63,945 nucleotides of DNA, filler included, from Caldilineae bacterium (GCA_037446815.1; 7 parts of 7 records of this genome joined end to end with filler, not necessarily neighbours in it); one strand, 5' to 3'; positions 10,067 through 20,686 are shown, numbered from the whole stretch's first letter. Notes: generated from the letters alone by a model not told the origin. Numbers and translations: made by a program.

Positions 10067-10077
10067 GACTCGGTTCC
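10067..10077. mobile_element. MITE terminal repeat truncated by the contig end
   Basis: GACTCGGTTCC immediately before the N linker. Confidence 0.55.
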
Positions 10078-10177
10078 NNNNNNNNNNNNNNNNNNNNNNN
10101 NNNNNNNNNNNNNNNNNNNNNTTAATTAATTAANNNNNNNNNNNNNNNNNNNNNNNNNNNNNNNNNNNNNNNNNNNN
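10078..10177. other. Artificial contig linker
   Basis: N-run / TTAATTAATTAA / N-run, 100 nt. Confidence 0.98.
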
Positions 10178-10260
10178 AACGTGCGACGCATCTCGGAGGT
10201 GCGTCTCACGTGAAGACACGCCCCCTCGCCCGCGGCGCGGGAGAGGGCTGGGGTGAGGGA
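10178..10260. repeat. REP-like palindromes
   Basis: ACGTGCGACGCATCTCGGAGGTGCGTCTCACGT hairpin (related copies at ~40045 and ~63897) plus a CCCTC...GGGAGAGGGCTGGGGTGAGGG unit. Confidence 0.75.
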
Positions 10261-10336
10261 GGCCCTCCGCGTTTCGCTTGCGCGCCGCCGCCCTTTGTAG
10301 TACACTGCGGCCATCGGCAACACTGGGAGGAGCGCG

Positions 10337-10837
10337 ATGAACATCCTGGACCTGGAGCCCCTACGGCACATTCGCCAGAACCATGCGTTGGAGCATGCGA
10401 CCATTCACCTGCTCACCCGCGGCGACCCTTCGCGCCACTTCGTGGGCAGGAGCACGCCGCGCGGCTTCTACATCTACGGCGACGTGGACACGCAGGCGGT
10501 GGCCGACGCCGTGTCCGAGGCGCTGGCGCGGCTGCGGGCCGGGGAAAGCCAACTCGCCATCCACCCGCGCTGCGGGACCGGCGTCGCCACCACCGGCATT
10601 CTCGCCGGGCTGGCCGCCTTCGCCACGCTGGGCCTGCGCCGCAAGCGCCGCCTGGCCGACCTGCCCGCCGTCATCACGGCGACAACCCTGGCCGCGCTGG
10701 TGGCCCAACCGCTGGGTCTCGCCGTCCAGCAGCGGGTAACCACCGACCCCGACCTGGAGGGCGTGCGCATTGCGCGCGTGGAACGGCTGGAATCGGGCCG
10801 ACTGGTGGCGCACCGTATCATCCTGGAACGGGATTGA
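10337..10837 (+). CDS. Conserved hypothetical membrane protein (DUF6391-like)
   Basis: RQNHALEHAT, STPRGFYIYG, LAIHPRCGT, two TM segments. Confidence 0.7.
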   Translation: MNILDLEPLRHIRQNHALEHATIHLLTRGDPSRHFVGRSTPRGFYIYGDVDTQAVADAVSEALARLRAGESQLAIHPRCGTGVATTGILAGLAAFATLGLRRKRRLADLPAVITATTLAALVAQPLGLAVQQRVTTDPDLEGVRIARVERLESGRLVAHRIILERD

Positions 10838-10839
10838 GC

Positions 10840-11886
10840 ATGTTCTACATCCTTGACGGCGACGACGACTTCTCGCGCGACGAGGCCCTTGCCGCGCTGA
10901 AGGCCAAACTCGGCCCGGCGGACATCCTCAGCCTGAACACGACTGTCTTTGACGGCGCGTCGGTCTCGCTGGATCAACTGCGCCATGCCTGCGACAGCAT
11001 CCCGTTCTTCGGCGACGCGCGCCTTGTCGTGGTCCAGGGCCTGCTCACGCGCCTTCACGCCTCGGGCCGCAAGAAAGCGGGGGCCGCCCAGGGGGAGGAC
11101 GACGAAACCGAAGAGCCCGTCGCCGCCGGGCAGAAGGAATACCGCGCGCGGCTGTTGGAGTACCTTCCCTCGCTGCCGCCGACGACGCACCTGGTGTTCC
11201 TGGAGCCTGCGCTCCTGCCGGCCAAAAGCCCCTTCGTCGCGCTCCTCGCGCAGCACCCCGAGCGAGGCCGCCGTCAAGCCTTCTCCCTGCCCAATCCAAG
11301 AAGCGCCGACGGCCAAGCCGAACTGGCGGCATGGATACGCGCCCGCGCCCAGGCCAAAGGCGCGCGCATAGACCCGGCGGCCGTGGCCGCGCTCATTGAC
11401 CTCATCGGAAACGACCTGCGCCTGCTGGATTCCGAACTGGAGAAACTGGCCGCTTACTCCGCCCAGGGCACCATCACCCTCAAGGACGTGCGGGACCTGG
11501 TGCCCCTGGCGCGGGAGGCGGTCGTGTGGGACCTGATAGACGCCATCGCGCAGAAGCGTCTGGGCGCTGCGATGGACGTCCTGCGGCGGCTCCTCAACGA
11601 GGGCGAGCCCGCGCTCCGCATCTTCGGCCTGATGGTGAGCGAGTATCGCCTGCTCATCCAGGCCAAGACACTAGCAGACGAGGGCTACTCCGAGGATCGC
11701 ATCGCCAGCAGGCTTGGGGCCCATCCTTGGCGGCTCCGTCAGCGGATGGACGCCGTGCGCCGCACGCCCGCGGAGGGGCTGAAGGCCACGTACCGCCTGC
11801 TGCTGCAAACCGACACGGAGATGAAAACGGGGGTGCAGGAGCCAGAGGCCGCGCTGGAGTTCCTGGTCGCGCGCCTGTGCCGCTAA
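10840..11886 (+). CDS. holA: DNA polymerase III subunit delta
   Basis: MFYILDGDDDF, SIPFFGDARLVVV, ELEKLAAY, DTEMKTG. Confidence 0.9.
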   Translation: MFYILDGDDDFSRDEALAALKAKLGPADILSLNTTVFDGASVSLDQLRHACDSIPFFGDARLVVVQGLLTRLHASGRKKAGAAQGEDDETEEPVAAGQKEYRARLLEYLPSLPPTTHLVFLEPALLPAKSPFVALLAQHPERGRRQAFSLPNPRSADGQAELAAWIRARAQAKGARIDPAAVAALIDLIGNDLRLLDSELEKLAAYSAQGTITLKDVRDLVPLAREAVVWDLIDAIAQKRLGAAMDVLRRLLNEGEPALRIFGLMVSEYRLLIQAKTLADEGYSEDRIASRLGAHPWRLRQRMDAVRRTPAEGLKATYRLLLQTDTEMKTGVQEPEAALEFLVARLCR

Positions 11887-11900
11887 CGCGCCGAGGCGAC

Positions 11901-11940
11901 AAAAAGCGGGAGCGGAGCCAGCCCCGCGCCCCGCTCCCGG
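11901..11940 (-). terminator. Terminator closing the SOS-boxed operon
   Basis: Minus-strand hairpin CGGGAGCGGGGC...GCTCCGCTCCCG followed by CTTTTT. Confidence 0.7.
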
Positions 11941-11952
11941 AACCATCGCGGC

Positions 11953-12198
11953 CTACGCCGCGCGGTTCTGCGACTCCTCATCGTATCCGACCCACACATG
12001 ATTGCGCAGAATGTTGGACGCGGCCAACACGCGGACTCCCTCAAGCGCCAACGCGCGCCCGTTCAGGTCGGCCGGATGAATGTAGCACGTGTTGGGCGCG
12101 CGCCCGAACTTCTCGCGGTACCGATCCATCGCCTCGCGCACCCGCTGTTCCAGCGCCTTCTTGGGGTCGTTGTCATACCACAGCAAGCCGATTCTCAT
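11953..12198 (-). CDS. Small hypothetical protein (81 aa), last gene of the SOS-boxed operon
   Basis: GGAGG RBS; ATGA overlap with the upstream gene; sequence MRIGLLWYDND...NHVWVG. Confidence 0.8.
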   Translation of the reverse strand: MRIGLLWYDNDPKKALEQRVREAMDRYREKFGRAPNTCYIHPADLNGRALALEGVRVLAASNILRNHVWVGYDEESQNRAA

Positions 12199-12557
12199 AG
12201 CACACCTCCGCGCCGTCCGGGATCAATGGACACGGTGTCTTCGTCGCCGATGAGCGTGAATGCCCGCTGGCCGTCGCCGCCATAGTTGGCGGGGGGCAGG
12301 TAGGGCGCCCGCATCGGCTGGGTCTGCCCGCTGCCCGTTACCACGATGACGGGCGGGTACGCGGCCTGCCGGCGTTCTTCTTCCTTCTTGTCGCGCCGCC
12401 CCAGGAACAGCAGTATGATGAGCACCATGGGGATGCTGGCCGCCACGCCCAGCACCACCCCCACGACCACCCCCATCGCTTCGGTGGACATGCGGTTGCC
12501 GATAACCACCCCCAGCCCGGCCAGGAATACGGCCGCCAAGAACCAGAGTTTCTTCAC
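12195..12557 (-). CDS. Hypothetical 2-TM membrane protein with Pro-rich tail
   Basis: Two hydrophobic segments, then RRDKKEEERR and YPPVIVV; AGGAGG RBS. Confidence 0.8.
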   Translation of the reverse strand: MKKLWFLAAVFLAGLGVVIGNRMSTEAMGVVVGVVLGVAASIPMVLIILLFLGRRDKKEEERRQAAYPPVIVVTGSGQTQPMRAPYLPPANYGGDGQRAFTLIGDEDTVSIDPGRRGGVL

Positions 12558-12588
12558 GGGATCAACCTCCTAACCGACGAGTTCAGAT

Positions 12589-13695
12589 TCAGGATTGCCT
12601 GGTCAGCCCGTTGGCTACGCGCTCAACCAAGCGCGGGACAAAGCCATCAGACTGCCCGCCGCCTGCGAGGAGCCGAATCTGCGGCCTGGCAGGCTCCTGC
12701 GCCGCGAGGCGCGCGATTTCGGGCAGGGAGATGTACGCGCCCTGAAGGCGGATCACCTGCCCTTTCGCCACCACGAGAAAGTCGCCCCGGCCCAGCAGGC
12801 GCTCGGCTCCGGTGCCCGCGATGCCCGTGGCCACCTTGGCGTCCTCCGGGCTGGTAACGCTGCCCACAACGCGCACCGGGAAGTTGCTCTTCACCAGCGA
12901 GCCGATGACGGCGGCGGTGGGCTTCTGCGTGCAGGCCACCACGTGGATGCCGGCTCCCCGCCCCCGCTGCACCAGCCGCGTGATGGCGTCCTCCAGCGGC
13001 TTGCCGCCCACCGACACCAGGTCGGCCAGTTCGTCAATGAACACGGCCACGCGGGGCAGTTCGCACCCTTCGGCGTCGCGCCGCTCCATCTCGGCCACGA
13101 GCCGCTGCAGGACGGTCAGGGCGTCATCGGTTCGGCGCACCACCGGGCACAGCAAATGCGGCAACTCCGAGAACGGGCCGAATCCGCGCCACTTGGGGTC
13201 AATGAGCACCATCTGGAGCGCCGACTGGCGGTTGAACAGCGCCAGGGATGCGATCATGGCGCGGGCCAGTTCCGTCTTACCGCTGCCGGTGGTGCCGGCG
13301 ATGAGCACGTGGGCCACGTCCGGGCTAGATAGCCGCAGGAGCAGGGGCGCGCCCCGCTCGTCCAGGCCCAGGACGGCCGTGTGCGGCGGTACGCGCTCCA
13401 GCCGCGCGCACAGGGGCAGCAGGTGCACCACATCGCCCCGCTCCCTCGGAACCTCCACGTGCACCTCGCCATTCTGGCGGAACACGCGGCACGAGGGCAC
13501 GCCCAGCGAAAGCGCCAACTCCTCGGCCAGGCCCGCAACCTGCCGCACCTTCGCGCCCATGGGCAGCGATAGCCGAAAGCGGACAAATCGCGGCGTTACC
13601 ACCCCGCCGCTGACCCTTGTCGGCAGGCGGTGGCTATACAGGACCTCCTCAATTCGGTCCGCCTGATAGTTGAGCACTTGCTGAAAGGCGCTCAC
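12589..13695 (-). CDS. Stand-alone FtsK/SpoIIIE motor domain (no TM region, no gamma domain)
   Basis: Walker A AGTTGSGKT, LIDPK, Walker B FIDELAD, RGRGAGIH, NFPVR, GAERLLGRGDFL; only 368 aa. Confidence 0.9.
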   Translation of the reverse strand: MSAFQQVLNYQADRIEEVLYSHRLPTRVSGGVVTPRFVRFRLSLPMGAKVRQVAGLAEELALSLGVPSCRVFRQNGEVHVEVPRERGDVVHLLPLCARLERVPPHTAVLGLDERGAPLLLRLSSPDVAHVLIAGTTGSGKTELARAMIASLALFNRQSALQMVLIDPKWRGFGPFSELPHLLCPVVRRTDDALTVLQRLVAEMERRDAEGCELPRVAVFIDELADLVSVGGKPLEDAITRLVQRGRGAGIHVVACTQKPTAAVIGSLVKSNFPVRVVGSVTSPEDAKVATGIAGTGAERLLGRGDFLVVAKGQVIRLQGAYISLPEIARLAAQEPARPQIRLLAGGGQSDGFVPRLVERVANGLTRQS

Positions 13696-13710
13696 GGCTC
13701 ACCTCCCGCG

Positions 13711-14103
13711 TTACGACACCGCCGCCACCGGCTGCGGGAACACCAGGATGTTGCCCGCCCGCGCCGCAGGTTCCGCCTCCTCAGCGACTCGGCACGTCCG
13801 CGCCGAGCACGCCAGGCACTGGCTCACGCTCTGGACGGGCGCCACCTTCAGCGCGCAGGCCGCCGTATGAAAGCGCACCGCAGGTGGGTCGTTGTTCCAC
13901 ACCTCCACCCGCCCCGTGGCGTAGCGCACCACGATGGGGCTGGGTTCGGTCTTCGCCAGCGTGAACCGCAGATGGTCGCACCCCGCCTGGCGCGCAGGGC
14001 ACGCGCGGCACAGGTTCGGCGAGACCTCGCGGTCGCCCTCGCGAATCTTCTGGCAGATGATGCGCCCGTCTTTGTCCACCGAACGATGCTGACAGACTGT
14101 CAT
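13711..14103 (-). CDS. Cys-rich hypothetical protein (130 aa, possibly metal-binding)
   Basis: Start MTVCQH after AGGAGG; 9 Cys including CRAC, CDH and CLAC. Confidence 0.75.
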   Translation of the reverse strand: MTVCQHRSVDKDGRIICQKIREGDREVSPNLCRACPARQAGCDHLRFTLAKTEPSPIVVRYATGRVEVWNNDPPAVRFHTAACALKVAPVQSVSQCLACSARTCRVAEEAEPAARAGNILVFPQPVAAVS

Positions 14104-14123
14104 GATTCCCCTCCTAAACCTGC

Positions 14124-14768
14124 CTAGCGAGTTGCGGCGTCGGCGTTCCAGTATTCGGTGCGAATGACGCCGACAACCCGGCCCTGCACCTGGACATCGT
14201 GCGCGGGCACGAATCGCGCCGGATAGCGCGGGTTCTCCGACCGCAGTTCCACCAGCGAGTTGCGCTGGTAGAACCGCTTGCACAGCCATTCGCCCTCCGG
14301 GAACTGCTCGCTGGCGACCCGCACCACGGCCAACTGGCCGTTCTCCACCCGATCCGCCGCCAGCACCAGGAGCAGGTCGCCGCTGCGAATCAGCGCGTCT
14401 TCCAGCGAATTCCCCTCCACCTGCACGGCGTAGAGATTGTCCGCAGGGACGAACAGGTCGGGCGGGACGTCCACCGTGCCGACAACATCGGTGAAACTGA
14501 TGCCTTTGCCTGCCGACGCCTTGCCGCAGAACGGCACCGCGAACGGCCGCGAAGCGATCTCCAGCGCCCTGGGCGAGTTGGCCTTGCGGCGCAGATAGCC
14601 TTTCCGCTCCAGTTGGCGCACGTAGTGGAGCGCGTGGGACTTGGTCTTCAGCCCAAACTCGGCGACCATCTCCTCGTACGTGGGGGCGTACCCGTGCTTC
14701 CGCACGTAGCGCACGAGTTTCTTCCAGAATTCCTCTTGCGACGGAGTCAGGGTTTCGGGACTCATCAT
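14124..14768 (-). CDS. LexA-family repressor paralog (wHTH + S24 peptidase)
   Basis: GYAPTYEEM...LERKGYLRR...PRALEI, Ala-Gly site GKASAG, catalytic Ser GNSL, catalytic Lys CKRF. Confidence 0.88.
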   Translation of the reverse strand: MMSPETLTPSQEEFWKKLVRYVRKHGYAPTYEEMVAEFGLKTKSHALHYVRQLERKGYLRRKANSPRALEIASRPFAVPFCGKASAGKGISFTDVVGTVDVPPDLFVPADNLYAVQVEGNSLEDALIRSGDLLLVLAADRVENGQLAVVRVASEQFPEGEWLCKRFYQRNSLVELRSENPRYPARFVPAHDVQVQGRVVGVIRTEYWNADAATR

Positions 14769-14792
14769 GCACCTCCTGACCGACAACAAATA

Positions 14793-14839
14793 GAACGCCT
14801 GTTCTAGCCTATTATACTAGAACATGCGTTCTATGTCAA
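14793..14839 (-). promoter_or_regulatory. Consensus sigma70 promoter with two SOS boxes
   Basis: TTGACA (14834-39)-17 bp-TATAAT (14811-16); GAACGCCTGTTC at 14793-804 and GAACATGCGTTC at 14820-31. Confidence 0.9.
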
Positions 14840-14871
14840 GAGGTTTTTCGGTTGTGCACGTAATTTTAAAC

Positions 14872-15516
14872 TTAAGCGACGCGATCCAGGCGGCGGATGA
14901 CGAGCACGACCTTGCCCTGAATCTCCACGTTGGCGGGGTGCACGTAGATGGGCTCCATGGTGGGGTTAGCGGGCTGCAGGCGCACGCGGTCGCGCTCCCG
15001 ATAGAAGCGCTTCAGGGTCGTTTCCTTCTCGTCCTTGAGCCACACGGCCACCAAATCCCCGTTCTGCGCCTCCTTCTGGTGGCGCATGATGACCAGGTCG
15101 CCATCGTGGATGAGGGCATCCACCATGGAGTTGCCACGAACCTCCAGGGCGTACAAGCCGCGCTCGTCGCTGATGATGTCCCGCGTGAGTTCTACGACCT
15201 CATCCTCGCCCAGCATGGCGAAGTCACTGTCGGGGATGGGCACGGGCGCGCTGGCGACGATGACGCCGACGATGGGGATGCGCACGGGAGCCGCGCGCGG
15301 CGTCTCTACTCCGGCCAGTTGGATGCCGCGGGAGATGTCCCGACTGCGGGTGATGTACCCCTGGCGCTCCAGGATGTTCAGGTTGTAGTTGACAACGGAC
15401 GTGGAGGAGATGCCAACGGCCTGGGCGATTTCGCGAATCGTGGGCGGGCGGCGCTGCTCCGCGCTATACCGGCGGATGAACTCCAAGATGCGCTGCTGGC
15501 GTTCCGAGAGATTCAT
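14872..15516 (-). CDS. lexA: SOS repressor LexA
   Basis: LSERQQRIL, PPTIREI, STSVVNYNL, VRGNSM, TLKRF, LQPANP. Confidence 0.93.
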   Translation of the reverse strand: MNLSERQQRILEFIRRYSAEQRRPPTIREIAQAVGISSTSVVNYNLNILERQGYITRSRDISRGIQLAGVETPRAAPVRIPIVGVIVASAPVPIPDSDFAMLGEDEVVELTRDIISDERGLYALEVRGNSMVDALIHDGDLVIMRHQKEAQNGDLVAVWLKDEKETTLKRFYRERDRVRLQPANPTMEPIYVHPANVEIQGKVVLVIRRLDRVA

Positions 15517-15562
15517 GTCTGCCTCCTTTCGCAGCCTCGGGCGCTCTGCTGCTTCCGAGCAT

Positions 15563-15591
15563 ATTATACACGAACATTCGTTCTATGTCAA
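15563..15591 (-). promoter_or_regulatory. lexA promoter with SOS box
   Basis: TTGACA-17 bp-TATAAT with GAACATTCGTTC (15572-83) in the spacer. Confidence 0.9.
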
Positions 15592-15605
15592 GCCCCCGCG
15601 GGTAG

Positions 15606-15753
15606 GAGTCGGTTCATCTTGTGTTGGTGAACCGTGGGCGCACTCTCCTCGTGTGTCATTGCGAGCGAAGCGAAGCGATCGCGCCCCCGGAGATTGCTTG
15701 GGGCGCTCCGCGCCCTCGCAATGACAAATACCAACAGACTTTGGAACCGAGTC
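15606..15753. mobile_element. MITE-like element between the divergent lexA and hrcA promoters
   Basis: GAGTCGGTTC...TTGGAACCGAGTC ends; internal GTCATTGCGAG...CTCGCAATGAC inverted pair; no target duplication visible. Confidence 0.8.
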
Positions 15754-15772
15754 CCCTTCCCTTTCGCTAATC

Positions 15773-15828
15773 TTGACAAAATGGCTGTCTGGTGCTATGA
15801 TTTAGCACTCGGACAGCGAGAGTGCTAA
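15773..15828 (+). promoter_or_regulatory. hrcA promoter and CIRCE operator
   Basis: TTGACA-17 bp-TATGAT; perfect TTAGCACTC-N9-GAGTGCTAA at 15802-15828. Confidence 0.96.
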
Positions 15829-15852
15829 CACGCCTTGCTGGAGGAGATGCCC

Positions 15853-16875
15853 ATGGAACTCACAGAACGCCAGCGGATGATACTCGGTCTGGTCATCCGC
15901 GAATACATACAGAACCCCGTGCCCGTCGCGTCTAAGGTATTGGTGGAGAAGTATCCCCTGGGCATCAGCCCTGCGACGGCGCGGAACGAACTTGCCGTCC
16001 TGGAGGAGCGCGGCTACCTGACCCACCCGCACACGTCGGCGGGGCGCATCCCGACCGAGAAGGGATACCGCTACTTCGTGGAGTACCTGATGCAGCAGGT
16101 GGAACTGCCGCTGGAGGAGCGCCTCACCATCCGCCACCAGTTCTACCAGGTGCACGCCGAGATGGATCAGATGATGCGCCTGTCGGCGTCGGTGCTGGCG
16201 CGACAGACGCGGTCGGCGGCGCTGGTAACCCCGCCCCGCGCCCCTCAGAGCCGCTACAAGCATCTGGAACTCATCTCCTTGCGCGAGACGGTGGCGCTGC
16301 TCATCCTCGTGCTCCAGGGCGGGCTGGTGAAGCAGCAGGTGCTGACCCTGGACGCGCCCTACACGCAGGAGACGCTGAGCGCCATCGCGGGCAAGTTGAA
16401 CCACCTGTACGCGGGCGTTACGGTGGATCAGGTGCGGCTGGATGTCCTCGGCGCGGAGTCGCTGGAAGCGCGCGTCGCCCGCATCGTGCGCGACATCATG
16501 ACCCAGGAGGATCACCAAACGTCGCAGGGCATCTACCGCGACGGGCTTGGCTATATCCTGGAGACGCCGGAGTTCCGCGAGGCCCGTTCGCTGCGCCAGG
16601 TCGTGGATTTGCTGGAGCGCGGCATGTTCTTTGAGGAGATGCTGGCCGAGGCCATGGAGCGCGGCGGCGTTCAGGTCATCATCGGCGGGGAGGGGCGCTG
16701 GGACGAACTCGCCGATTGCAGCGTGGTGATGGCCCGCTACGGGGGCGAGTCCAGGGTGGGCGGCGCGCTGGGCGTCGTCGGCCCCACCCGCATGCCCTAC
16801 GCCCATGCCATTTCGGTGGTGCGCTACGTGGCGGAACTCATGGGCGACCTGATGTACGAGTGGTATGGATACTAG
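15853..16875 (+). CDS. hrcA: Heat-inducible transcription repressor HrcA
   Basis: SPATARNEL, HPHTSAGRIPTEKGYRYFV, GPTRMPY; CIRCE upstream. Confidence 0.96.
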   Translation: MELTERQRMILGLVIREYIQNPVPVASKVLVEKYPLGISPATARNELAVLEERGYLTHPHTSAGRIPTEKGYRYFVEYLMQQVELPLEERLTIRHQFYQVHAEMDQMMRLSASVLARQTRSAALVTPPRAPQSRYKHLELISLRETVALLILVLQGGLVKQQVLTLDAPYTQETLSAIAGKLNHLYAGVTVDQVRLDVLGAESLEARVARIVRDIMTQEDHQTSQGIYRDGLGYILETPEFREARSLRQVVDLLERGMFFEEMLAEAMERGGVQVIIGGEGRWDELADCSVVMARYGGESRVGGALGVVGPTRMPYAHAISVVRYVAELMGDLMYEWYGY

Positions 16876-16877
16876 AG

Positions 16878-17265
16878 GCGGGCACACGGGCAACCGGCTG
16901 GTCGCCCCTGCATGCTGGCAATGACGCAACGGCCGAGTCGGTTCCATCTTGTGTTGGTGAACCGTGGGCGCACTCTCCTCGTGTGTCATTGCGAGCGAAG
17001 CGAAGCAATCCCGCGCCCCGGAGATTGCTTCGGGCACTGCGTGCCCTCGCAATGACGGGTGCCAACAGAATTTGGAACCGAATCCAACGGCCCTGTCGTT
17101 CTGAGCGGCGAGGGGCGAAGAATCTCACGCCCGCGGGCACACGGGCGACCGGTCGGTCGCCCCTACGCGCTCGCAATGGCCTGGTTACTTGAGTGGCGAG
17201 GGGCGAAGAATCTCGCGCCCGCGGGCACACGGGCGACCGGTCGGTCGCCCCTACATGCTCGCAAG
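16878..17265. repeat. Composite REP cluster with embedded MITE
   Basis: Three copies of GCGGGCACACGGGC(G/A)ACCGG(T/C)(C/T)GGTCGCCCCT(A/G)C and two of GGCGAGGGGCGAAGAATCTC. Confidence 0.8.
16935..17084. mobile_element. MITE-like element with 8-bp target site duplication
   Basis: CAACGGCC|GAGTCGGTTCCA...TGGAACCGAATC|CAACGGCC. Confidence 0.85.
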
Positions 17266-17375
17266 GACAGGCGCGAGGGTGATGCGCTCGCCTACGACAT
17301 AGCCAAGACCGTGGGCCGTTGTGGGGCGAGGAACGGCAAGGCTTTCGCTACATTGACGTGGAGGGAGTGAGCGAC

Positions 17376-18053
17376 ATGGCAGAAGACACCAAGGCAAACG
17401 AGATGCAGCGAGAGACCGGAGAGCAAACGGCTCCCGCGGCGGGGGAAACCCCGACCGAGGAGGTAGCCGCAGCGACCGAGGCCGAAGAATCCGAAAAGGA
17501 ATCGCTGCGGCAGGCGCTGGAGAAGGCGCAGGCCGAGGCCAAGGACTATCTGGATCAACTGCTCCGCTCCCGCGCCGACTACGCCAACTATAAGCGCCGC
17601 GCGGAGCAGGAGAAGCAGGAACTGATCCGTTACGGCAACGCGAACCTCATCGCGCAACTGCTGCCGGTGCTGGATGACTTTGAGCGGGCCTTCCAGTCGG
17701 TGCCGTCGGGTCTGGATAAACTGACCTGGCTGGACGGCATCGCGCTCGTGCACCGCAAACTGCACCTGATTCTGGAAAAGGAAGGGCTTAAGCCCATCCA
17801 GGCCAATGGCCAGAAGTTTGACCCGATGCAGCACGAGGCCATTGCCTACGAAGAGCGCACCGACGTGGAAGATGGCACCATCCTCGCCGAGGTGCAGAAG
17901 GGGTACAAACTCGGCGACCGAGTCCTGCGCCCGACGCTCGTCCGCGTGGCGCGGCAGGTGAGCGTGGCCAGCGCGGAAGACAAGGGTGGCGAGGCGCGGG
18001 GTAGCGGTGAAGCCCCGTCGGCCGAGGCAGAGGCGGGAACGAGACAAGAGTAG
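17376..18053 (+). CDS. grpE: Nucleotide exchange factor GrpE
   Basis: ADYANYKRR, LLPVLDDFERA, FDPMQHEA, GYKLGDRVLRP. Confidence 0.95.
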   Translation: MAEDTKANEMQRETGEQTAPAAGETPTEEVAAATEAEESEKESLRQALEKAQAEAKDYLDQLLRSRADYANYKRRAEQEKQELIRYGNANLIAQLLPVLDDFERAFQSVPSGLDKLTWLDGIALVHRKLHLILEKEGLKPIQANGQKFDPMQHEAIAYEERTDVEDGTILAEVQKGYKLGDRVLRPTLVRVARQVSVASAEDKGGEARGSGEAPSAEAEAGTRQE

Positions 18054-18119
18054 GCTCATGGGGACGGCCTGGGGCCGCGCCCGTTGGGCTTTGGCGTTGA
18101 TTTCGCATAAGGAGACACT

Positions 18120-20000
<1,881 letters not shown>

Positions 20001-20044
20001 TGCGGGCGGGGCAGGCGTGTGGCCGCGCGGGGCCAACCCCCCGC

Positions 20045-20144
20045 TGTCATTCTGAGCGGCGAAGCCGCGAAGAATCTCGGTACGCGAGGTTGCTTCGCTT
20101 CGCTCGCAATGACACACGAGGAGAGTGTCCATGCGTTTCACCAA
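20045..20144. repeat. REP/MITE-internal sequence truncated by the contig end
   Basis: GTCATTCTGAGCGGCGAAGCCGCGAAGAATCTC and CTCGCAATGACACACGAGGAGAGTG. Confidence 0.75.
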
Positions 20145-20244
20145 NNNNNNNNNNNNNNNNNNNNNNNNNNNNNNNNNNNNNNNNNNNNTTAATTAATTAA
20201 NNNNNNNNNNNNNNNNNNNNNNNNNNNNNNNNNNNNNNNNNNNN
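20145..20244. other. Artificial contig linker
   Basis: N / TTAATTAATTAA / N. Confidence 0.98.
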
Positions 20245-20480
20245 GCCCTCACCCTAGCCCTCTCCCGTGGGGAGAGGGAACGGGGCTGCGCCACGCGGGA
20301 GGGGCTGTGGCATGGAAATTGCAGGTGAGTAGGATGGTGGGGCTTGCCTCCGAGCCCCTGGCTTTGGGATCCCGTCTCCGTCCCTAATGCTTGGGAGGAG
20401 GGGGTACTGGAGGCTGGCGCAGGGGGCTGGTGGCCCGCCGACATGCGATGAAACAAACAGCGTCATTTCCTCGCAGGGGC

Positions 20481-20509
20481 TTGAAACGCGACATAAAATG
20501 TGGTATAAT
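20481..20509 (+). promoter_or_regulatory. Strong sigma70 promoter of the giant surface-protein gene
   Basis: TTGAAA-17 bp-TATAAT with extended -10 TG. Confidence 0.7.
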
Positions 20510-20686
20510 ATGTCAAGAGTAGAGGGGATTCTCCTTTGGCATGTGTTATGCACACGTCCTCACGATGGCGTGCGGGGTCGTTTGTACCTTGTTGCTTGTC
20601 GCCTGGTGAACGTTTCGGTCGGGTTTAGCGTGGAGCCGTCAACGGTGTTCTGAACACCACCAGTAAACCAATTGGGAGGCAACAAA

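Noticed and set aside
11953..14768. Intact prophage or ICE
   Set aside because: No integrase, replication, relaxase or structural genes and no att repeats; flanked directly by holA and lexA.
16878..17265. Possible CRISPR array
   Set aside because: The repeats are degenerate and irregularly spaced, the spacers are themselves repeats, and no cas genes are present.
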